Below, one piece after another: positions 44,529-53,700 of a DNA stretch of 64,000 nt (positions are counted from its first letter, which is position 1; each line of letters opens with the position of its first letter). Where the stretch lies: the IMG/VR virus record IMGVR_UViG_3300029787_000001, positions 64,001 through 128,000 of that record. One strand, written 5' to 3'. The notes beneath the pieces are model-generated. The model was not told the DNA's origin, did not search any database, and saw only the letters and a list, made by a program, of their open reading frames with translations. This DNA is from a virus. The position numbers were made by a program, and so were the translations under genes.

Positions 44529-46319
44529 ATGACAAACAAGAAGAAAGTAGCAATCAACTACACCAATCGTGATTATGAATCCATTAGAGACGATCTCACA
44601 CAGATAGCAGAACGCTTTTACCCAGATACCTTTCAGGATTTCAGTGAAGGCTCGTTCGGCGCCATGATGCTTGATGCTGTCGCCTATGTTGGTGACCAAC
44701 TTTCTTTCTATCTTGATTACAACATCAACGAAACTTTCTTAGACACAGCCTACCAGTATGGAAATGTGGTGCGGCAGGGTCGCATTCTTGGCTACAAGAA
44801 CACCGGCAGACCCTCTACCTATGGAAAAGTTGCCCTCTACGTCTTGGTTCCCGCATCCCCTACGGGTTTGGGACCACTAACATCTTACATCCCGACATTA
44901 AAGAGGGGCACGCGCTTCACTTCGCAGAACGGATTAAGCTTTGTTCTTACCGAAAACGTTGATTTCGCCGATCCAAAAAATCCGGTTGTGGCTGCGAGAA
45001 CAGACACGACAACTGGCGCCCCAACCTATTATGCCATCAAGTCTTATGGCGATGTGGTGTCTGGCTTTTTTGGTGTAGAGCAGGTTGTTGTTGGAGCGTT
45101 TGAGAGATTCAAAAAAGTCAAATTGTCAAACGCAAACATTTCAGAGATCGTAAGTGTTTCAGACTCTGACGGCAACGAATACTTTGAGGTAGATTATCTC
45201 GCTCAAGACATTGTTTACAAAGAGCTTACAAATAAGAACTATAAGGCAGACAACGTTCCGTCTATTCTCAAGCCTTTGCTTGTGAGCAGAAAGTTCCAAG
45301 TTGTCCACGAGCCAGAAGGTGTATTCCTTCAGTTTGGCTCTGGAGAAGACGGTGCTTCCGGTGTGGTTGCAGAACCACAAAATGTAGCTATGGACATTTT
45401 TGGCAAGAATTATGTGACAGACACTTCTTTCGATCCAAGCCGCCTTGCAAACAATAGAAGCTTTGGCATTGTTCCGGCTAACACAACCCTCACGATCGCC
45501 TTCAGGCAAACAAATCCAACAAATTCAAATGTTGCAGCGGGAAGCTTAAATCAGGTGTCAAGTGTGTTGATGGATTTTGAGGATCTCTCGGCGCTCGCAG
45601 GCAGCGAGGTTTCATTTGTTCGCAATTCTGTTGAAGTCTCTAACGAAGAACCAATTGTAGGAAATGTAACTAACCCAACAACTGCGGAAGTTAAGCAGAG
45701 AATCTATGACACTTTCCCAACACAAAACCGCGCTGTAACTCAAAAAGACTACGAAAGCCTTGTTTACAGAATGCCAATGAAGTTTGGTTCAATCAAACGT
45801 TGCTCAATTCAGAAAGATCCAGATTCACAAAAAAGAAATCTAAACGCCTATGTGGTTTCTGAAAACACTCTTGGTAAACTTGTTGCCACGAATAGCACGA
45901 TTAAGAAAAACCTCAAGGTGTGGCTAAACAACTACAGAATGATTAATGACACGATAGACATCTTAGATCCATTTATCATCAACTTTGGGATCAACTTTGT
46001 GGTCAAGCCAGACAGTTCTGCCAACAAGTTTGATGTCCTTAACCGCTGTGTCGAGAGGTTGGCGAATAAGTACAAAGACCCGATGTTCATCGGTCAAAGA
46101 TTGTCCATCTCAGAAATATTCTCAGAACTAAACAAAGTGAAGGGTGTTCTTGATGCTGTTAAAGTTCAAATTGTAAACAAAAGCACATCAGACTACTCCA
46201 ATGTGGTGTTTCAGATTCAAGAAAACCTATCACCTGATGGCGACTACTTATTAACACCGCAGAATGCAATCCTAGAACTTAAGTTCCCAGAAACAGACAT
46301 AAAGGGCAAGTTGAGATAA
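44529..46319 (+). CDS. Baseplate wedge protein, T4 gp6 / baseplate J-like
   Basis: YTNRDYESIRDDL, DFSEGSFG.MMLDAVAYVGD.LSFY, QNRAVTQKDY motifs. Confidence 0.9.
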   Translation: MTNKKKVAINYTNRDYESIRDDLTQIAERFYPDTFQDFSEGSFGAMMLDAVAYVGDQLSFYLDYNINETFLDTAYQYGNVVRQGRILGYKNTGRPSTYGKVALYVLVPASPTGLGPLTSYIPTLKRGTRFTSQNGLSFVLTENVDFADPKNPVVAARTDTTTGAPTYYAIKSYGDVVSGFFGVEQVVVGAFERFKKVKLSNANISEIVSVSDSDGNEYFEVDYLAQDIVYKELTNKNYKADNVPSILKPLLVSRKFQVVHEPEGVFLQFGSGEDGASGVVAEPQNVAMDIFGKNYVTDTSFDPSRLANNRSFGIVPANTTLTIAFRQTNPTNSNVAAGSLNQVSSVLMDFEDLSALAGSEVSFVRNSVEVSNEEPIVGNVTNPTTAEVKQRIYDTFPTQNRAVTQKDYESLVYRMPMKFGSIKRCSIQKDPDSQKRNLNAYVVSENTLGKLVATNSTIKKNLKVWLNNYRMINDTIDILDPFIINFGINFVVKPDSSANKFDVLNRCVERLANKYKDPMFIGQRLSISEIFSELNKVKGVLDAVKVQIVNKSTSDYSNVVFQIQENLSPDGDYLLTPQNAILELKFPETDIKGKLR

Positions 46320-47761
46320 TGGCTATTAAACGTTACAAGGCAGATGCCGACAACACAATCGTAAATGCTTACGAATCAAATTTAAGAACCAGGGCAACCG
46401 GTTCAAATGCAGGACAAGCTGATGTAAGTGAGGTTTACTCAATCTATGGTCGCCAGTCAACGTCTTCGGCAGAATTGTCAAGAGTTTTGACACAATTTGA
46501 CATTGCCTCTATAACTTCTGATAGAAACGCTGGCATAATTCCTGCTACCGATGGCGTGAGTTTTTATCTGAGGGTTTTTAACGCCGAAACCTCTAAAACA
46601 GTTCCGAAGGATTTTAAGTTAGTTGCACAGGCAATTTCACGGTCTTGGAACGAAGGCGACGGATTAGATTTAGAAAACTACAAAGATGCAGGAGTTTCAA
46701 ACTGGGTCTATGCATCTCAAGGCGTCGCTTGGACAACCCAGGGAGGAGACTATCACGCAGATCCTGTTTTCACTCAAGAATTTTCAAGTGGTCTTGAGGA
46801 TCTAGAAATAAACATCACAAGTCTAGTAGAACAATGGATCGCAGGAACAAAAGCAAACTATGGGATTGGACTAAGACTAACCTCCTCGCAAGAAGGAAGT
46901 TCTTCTGTAAATCCGGGTGGTGCTACCGGCTCATACTACACCAAGCGTTTTTTTGCAAGAGGAACACAATACTTCTTCAAGAAACCAGTTATCGAGGCAC
47001 GTTGGAACTCTTCAACACAAGATGATAGAGGGGATTTCTTCATGTCTTCCTCCCTTGCACCAGCATCAGACAACCTTAACACCCTTTTTCTCTACAACTA
47101 CATTCGTGGGAGACTGACAAACATCCCAGCCGTTGGCACCGGAGAGATTTTTGTTGATCTTTATGAGACATTGGGAGGCACGGCTATTACACAAGTAGCC
47201 AGCACTCCAGCAACCGGCGGCTATGTGTCGCCAGGAATCTATTCTTGTTCAGTTTGTCTTACCGGGACTTATTCTACTTTGCGTGATGTCTGGCACACTG
47301 GCGCCATCGAATACTTTACCGGAACAATATCCCCACAGACGGTGGCGGCGACCTCGGTTTCAACCGGCAACACCCGCTATGTCACAAATATCAAAAATCT
47401 AAAAAACAAATACTTCTCCGAAGAGGAAGCCCGTTTCAACGTTTACGTGCGAAACAAAAACTGGTCCCCAACTATTTACACAGTAGCGTCAGAAGAAATA
47501 GAAAACACCATTATTCCTAGCGCATCGTTCAGAGTTTACAGAGTTTTGGATGGACTAAATGTTATACCACACGGTACCGGATCAGACTTACAAACAATTC
47601 TCTCCTACGATGTTTCAGGAAACTATTTCGATCTTGACATGTCGCTTCTTGAATCAGGATATGAATACGGCATCAAACTCGCATTCTATGATTCTCAGCG
47701 TCAGTCTTGGCTTGAGCAAGACCAAAAATTCCTATTCAGAGTAGAAGATTATGAGCATTAA
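46319..47761 (+). CDS. Virion structural protein (DNRLRE/beta-sandwich-like N-terminal domain)
   Basis: SRVLTQFD...FYLRVFN...ISRSWNEG...W...GGD pattern; baseplate context. Confidence 0.55.
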   Translation: MAIKRYKADADNTIVNAYESNLRTRATGSNAGQADVSEVYSIYGRQSTSSAELSRVLTQFDIASITSDRNAGIIPATDGVSFYLRVFNAETSKTVPKDFKLVAQAISRSWNEGDGLDLENYKDAGVSNWVYASQGVAWTTQGGDYHADPVFTQEFSSGLEDLEINITSLVEQWIAGTKANYGIGLRLTSSQEGSSSVNPGGATGSYYTKRFFARGTQYFFKKPVIEARWNSSTQDDRGDFFMSSSLAPASDNLNTLFLYNYIRGRLTNIPAVGTGEIFVDLYETLGGTAITQVASTPATGGYVSPGIYSCSVCLTGTYSTLRDVWHTGAIEYFTGTISPQTVAATSVSTGNTRYVTNIKNLKNKYFSEEEARFNVYVRNKNWSPTIYTVASEEIENTIIPSASFRVYRVLDGLNVIPHGTGSDLQTILSYDVSGNYFDLDMSLLESGYEYGIKLAFYDSQRQSWLEQDQKFLFRVEDYEH

Positions 47762-50700
47762 AGACCTATTCGGCAAGTCAACCAATTACGTTTCAGAAAC
47801 TAACCAAAAAGATGCATTCGCTGATACGGAATCATCAAGAAACGTAAAACAGATTGTTGAAAAACAAAATTCGTTTGAGCCGCAGATTGATTACACCGAT
47901 CCTCAAACATTCGCCAAGTACGGTTCTGCTGAAATGTACTACAAGTCTGCGATTGATCGCATTCTTGACTTCTATCCCTACGATGGCTCTGACGCAGAAT
48001 ACAACAACTTTTACAACAAATCTCTCGACATCGAGAAGTTCATCTTTAACACGACCTACCCAAGAACAAACGGGTTCGTGGACTTTAAAGGAACATCCCA
48101 CATCAGCCTCAAGGGCGGACCACACACAATCGCAGCCTCCAACACCAAGGGGCTATTCAAAGATCCGCAGTCTTCACAGCGAGAGACCGCCAACATCTAC
48201 GACGAAGACATTTACACAACCGAGGGTCTTCCGTCTGGTTATGGTCAAGGAACAAGAGAGTCAAATTTAAAGTGCGACTTTCAAGCCGGCGTCTCTGTTG
48301 AGTTCTGGCTAAGTTCATCAGCAATCTCTTCCGACAATAAACAAGCTATCTTTCACATAACAGGTTCAGGACAAGATGACGAATTAACTATCTTCCTATC
48401 TGGAACAACTGGCTCTCCATTCCACGTTCGCTTGAAGGAGAATAGCCTACCAAACATTATTGATCAGAAGATCGGAACAACTCCGACAACTTCTTCTATT
48501 CTCGGATGGAACCACTACGCTCTTACATTTAAGAGCGCAAGCGCAGGCATAACATCCAGGCTCTACGTCAATGGTGCCCTCGATGCTCAAGCGAATCTAG
48601 GCTCAAGAGGCGCAGGCACATTCGAGCAGTCTGGTTCTCTTGGTTATGTTGCTTCTGGATCCGCGACTGAGACTCTACTCAACGGTGCGATGGACGAGTT
48701 CCGATTCTGGAAGGTCGAGAGAACAGCACAAGACATTGGCAGAAACTGGTTTGGGCAGGTCAGAGGCGGCTCCAACACAGACATTTCTAACACGACACTC
48801 GGTGTCTATTACAAATTCAACGAAGGCATAACCGGCATAGCGGCTCAAGACAGTGTAGTCTTGGACTACTCTGGTCGTGTTTCAAACGGAACATTCACAG
48901 GTTACACCAGCACCACACGTAACACTGGTTCTGCTATTGTTCTCGCTAGCGCTGCTGCGAAAGAGTATCTCGACCCAATTATCTATGCCAACCACCCGGA
49001 TGTCTCTGCTTTAAGAGCAGGTCTCCTGGCGACGGGCTCTATCTACGATTCCAATAACAACGCCTCCATCGGCAGCATGATGCCTAGCTGGGTAATTGAT
49101 GAACACGAGAGTGGCGAAAATAACAACTTTAAGTTCTTGATGCACATCGTAGGCTCTTACTTCGACAAGATCCGCCTACAGATTGCCGCCCTACCAGATT
49201 TCAAGACTCCGGTTTACACAAGCTCCTCTTTCAAGGCGCTTCCTTTCGCCGAGCATCTGCCTGCTTCTTTGGGTCTCGAAACTCCACAGATTTTCGTTGA
49301 TGCTGATGTCTTGGAGCGCTTTGTAAACAGAAGCGAGACTGAGAACTACAAGTTTGATCTAAACGACACAAAAAACCTCATTTACCTCAATCTTTACAAC
49401 AACTTGACCTACCTATTCAAGTCGAAGGGAACCCATAAGGCAGTAAGGAACGTCCTGCGCGCCTTCAACATCGACGACAAACTCGTAAGATTCAACACTT
49501 ACGCAAACAACTTTGTTTATGATCTTGAGAACAATCTACAACAAACAACCGTCTATGATTCTGCTGTAAACTTCAACAACCCCAGCAGCATAGGCGCGGT
49601 TGTTTACTCTACAGCATCAGCCGACAGCACACAGCTTGGCTACATTTCTTCCTCAAATGATAGCAAGCATGAAGATCGTTATGGGTTTACTCTTGAAACT
49701 GATGTAGTTTTTCCAAAGTTTATTCGCTCTATCGACACTTTTGATAGAAACTTTATTACTGCCTCTCTATTCGGAATCCACTCAGCGAGCGCAGATAGTT
49801 CTGAAACAACAATTTTCAATCCAAGCATCTACGTTTTCGCCGAAAGGGAACAAGAATACAGCAAGAACATTCGTTTCCGCTTGAGTTCTTCTTTACTTTC
49901 AACCACGCTTACAAGCAGTAACTTCCTTGGAGCTTATAACGACAACCAGTGGAATCTTTCTGTCCGCTTGCGCCCAGACACCTTTGGCTTGACTGGCTCT
50001 GTTGCTGGTGTAAGCACATCTAACTACATTCTTGAGTTTACTGGTTACAACCAGCTTCTTGGTGAAATTAGAGAATCATTCACGGTGACCGGCAGTGTGG
50101 CTACGGGTTCCGCCCAAGACCTTCTGCATTCGCCAAAGAGAATTTACGTTGGAGCCCAGCGAACAGATGTGACTGGCTCACTGATTAACAAAACTGATGT
50201 CCTTGTTTCGGCAGTTCGCTTCTGGAATAAAAATCTTGATGATGTGACTCTTAAACAGCACGCCTTCGACTTTGAGAACTACGGAATTAAAGACTCCAAC
50301 AAACACTTGTCTCCCCTTGACAACGACAACTCCAAGACCGTCAATTCCAACACGCTTGTTTTGAACTACGACTTCTCAGGAATTACTACGTCCGATACAT
50401 CCGGCGAATTTACAGTAACAGACATTAGTTCGGGCTCAGTCGAGAACAGGACAAAATTTGGCAAACTTGGAGAGATCTCTAGCTATCTCTATCCAGCCAA
50501 GGGCAAACATTTTGGAATTTCATCGAAGAAGGCAGTGATCAAGAAAGAGATGAATCTTCATCAGTTTATCGACCCAGAAAAAGTCATCAATGACAACTTG
50601 GTCAAAGTGAGAACTGAAGATGATAAGCTATTTGACACCCTTGACACGATCCCGAATTATCACTACTTGCTCGAAAAAAGTATGTATGCGGCAATTTCCG

Positions 50701-53700
50701 AAGAGATGCTTAACTTCTTTGCAGGTGTGGTTGATTTTCACGGTCTCATCGGTCATCCTGTAAATCAATACAGAATGAACTATAAGGGTCTTGAAAAGCT
50801 GAGAGAGGCTTTTTTCCGTAGAGTCACCGAGGTGTCAGAGGTAGAAAAATTTGTTGACTATTACAAGTGGTTTGACGATTCGGTCTCTCAGATTATTGGT
50901 CAGCTAATCCCAGCATCGGCTGACTACACACAAGATATCTTGAACACTATTGAATCTCACACATTAGAGCGCAACAAGTACCAACATCGCATTCCAATGA
51001 TGGCATTCACATCTTCCACAGAGGGCGTAGCATTTGGTTCTGAAGAGATGCGCTATAATTGGAATAGAAACCACGCCCCGGTAAGCGGACTACAGCGCGA
51101 AAACTCAAACTGGTGGAAAGAGCGTGCCGAACGTGAAGGTGTTATTTCTTCTGGCGATGCAGCCGTCGATGCAGCCAGAACTCAAATTCGTAATGTTGCC
51201 ACAAACCAAACTAATGGAAATGTTGGCAGAAGCTTCACAAACACTGGAGCCAAGTATACTCGCTCCAACTTTAAATATCGCACCCTATCCAGAGGTCAGG
51301 TGTTCGAATCGAAAGTCGCAAAGGAAATTAAAGGCGGTGTAAACTTTGAGCACAACAAAGATGTTCATTATACCCACACAGCACTTCACCCAGCAGGTCC
51401 AGTAAATCAAGATAGCGGTGTGTTTGTTCCAAGAAATGTTCTTGTAGGGTTTACTGAAGATCTTGTTCTTCTAGAGGACACAGCCGACGCCCCTGAAAAC
51501 CCCTCTGCAAAGGTCAAGAGAAACATCTTGGTTCAACACGGACGTGACTGGGAAGGTGGAGTCGGCTATAAGAGCGTTAAATCTTCTTTTGTCTTCCCAT
51601 TCAACATTGTCTCGTCTTCCGTCCGCTCTGGCTACAATGCTGAAGTCATCGCCAGAGTAACTGCAAGCATCGAAGTAACAAACGTCCACAATGACGTGTA
51701 TGGTCCAGACATGGAGCGCCCGATGCAGGGACCCTTTACTGACTATGCTGTCGGAGGTCATCAGTCGCGACACATCAAATTGAACACGGGTGGCGACAAC
51801 TACCTAAACCGACCAGAGGCTTGGAAGATTCTTCTTGGCAAGTGCTCTACGGTTACTGGCGCGATCGGCATGGTTGGTGCTGATTATCCTTATCCCGAAG
51901 CCAATGCTGTAGGTGAAAACCCCTATCCGATGACAGGAGCCCAGAAAGCAACCTATTATCGCGACCAGATTGCCAAGCGACCAGTAAACATTCGCAACAT
52001 TGAACATAAAACCGGATCCACAATTCTTGGCAATTACGACCACAACTATCAAGTAGTCCACACAGTTGGTGGCTACTCTAATCCTCGCGCGTTCATTGAC
52101 CAGCAGCCAACGCTGCCCGCCGTAGCAGAAGGCGCCGATGCTGTCAAGACAATTCTAGATCTTGAAAGAGGACAAAATTCACACTTTGTTTTTGTTGATG
52201 ACTACAACGATGGCTACCTAACAGGCTCTGGAAATTATAAAAACAAGACTGTTATTTTGAGCCGCTTCTCTGCTCCTGGCGGCATCGAATCGATGACCAA
52301 CGCCTTTAAGGATTTCCGTTCTGGAGACTTCTCCGTCTACAACACAATCCCCTTCAGAAACATGACTGTCCGCCGCCCATTCCAAGGTGTGACATCTTCT
52401 ATAGTGCCTCAGAACACAGGCATTAGAAACTTCGATCACACCGGTCGCGCATTTGGATTTACAAATTTGGCTGCACGGCATGCTGGCAAGTTCTTCCGTG
52501 ATTCTGCTTTCCAGACAAACCCGGGCGCCTCAGATAATGCTTCTGAAGAGCTAGCCTCATTCCACAAGACTCATCGAAACACCCTGCTCTTGGCTACAAG
52601 CGAAAGTTGTAGAGAGGTTTATGACAACCTAAACATCCAACACCAGATCCCTCGTTCCGATCGTCAATACTCTTGGATTACTGCCTCCATTATTCACAAT
52701 GGGGCTTGTGAACCCCGCTACTCTGGTTTTATGCAGACCGACTCGCCCCTTGCACCTTACTATGAGATTACGGGCAACTACTTCCCATTTTTTGATTATG
52801 TTTCGGCGTCTGCCGCAACTTCTGGAATTTACCAGAACACAACAAGATTGAATTTACTTGTTCTTGACAAGACCGGCTCAACCATAAATACCCTTGGCGA
52901 ACCAACAATCAGTGGAGCCTTGCAAACCCCCGCAGAAGGCGAGAGACTAAATGCACTATTGATTCGTAGAGGAGATACTTACGGCTGGAACTGGCGAGCA
53001 TTCCATCAAAAAGACCATCCAATCTTGGACCGAGAGCATAAAGAAAACCTATTGACTGCGCTAAAAAATCAAGAAATTAAGCAATTCCGCCTACCTCCAG
53101 TATCTATGAAAGGTAGACCAGTTATAGTTAACATGGATGTTGGCGGTGAAAACGTCACCCTTAAAGCCACCCACAACAACGAAAAGATTTACTTTAACGA
53201 AAGAGAGCTTAACGACTTAGTTTTCCAGACAGAAGATCCCACAATCACTCCATTCGATCAGTTGATCAATGTAGCACAAGACTACAGCCTAAACTGGGTG
53301 CGCTACTCTGAGACCTTGTTCCCGTCTACCAGAAATGAATTCTCAAGCGGCTCGCGCGAAAGACTTGGGTTTGATAATGGGTTCTGGAGAGGGACAGAAG
53401 CCGAGAGGTTAACACTCGGAAGTGAATCACCGAACTCTTTAGGGCAAAATCCGCCAGCTTCAGTTACTATTCCAGACAGAAGCAGTTGGGCGCTAGATAA
53501 GCCCCTTTATCCAACTGACACTGTAACCTTTTTTAATAGAACAGTCTCCAATGGAAGTTACAATTATTCTGCCAAGGGTGCAGCGGGCGAATTACAAAAT
53601 AATGATTTGTTTTTATACGCAGTAGCCAGTGCTGAAGATAAATTGGCTGGAATAAGGTTAGGTCCACTTTATTCTAGAAAGCAGGATATCACTTCACCAA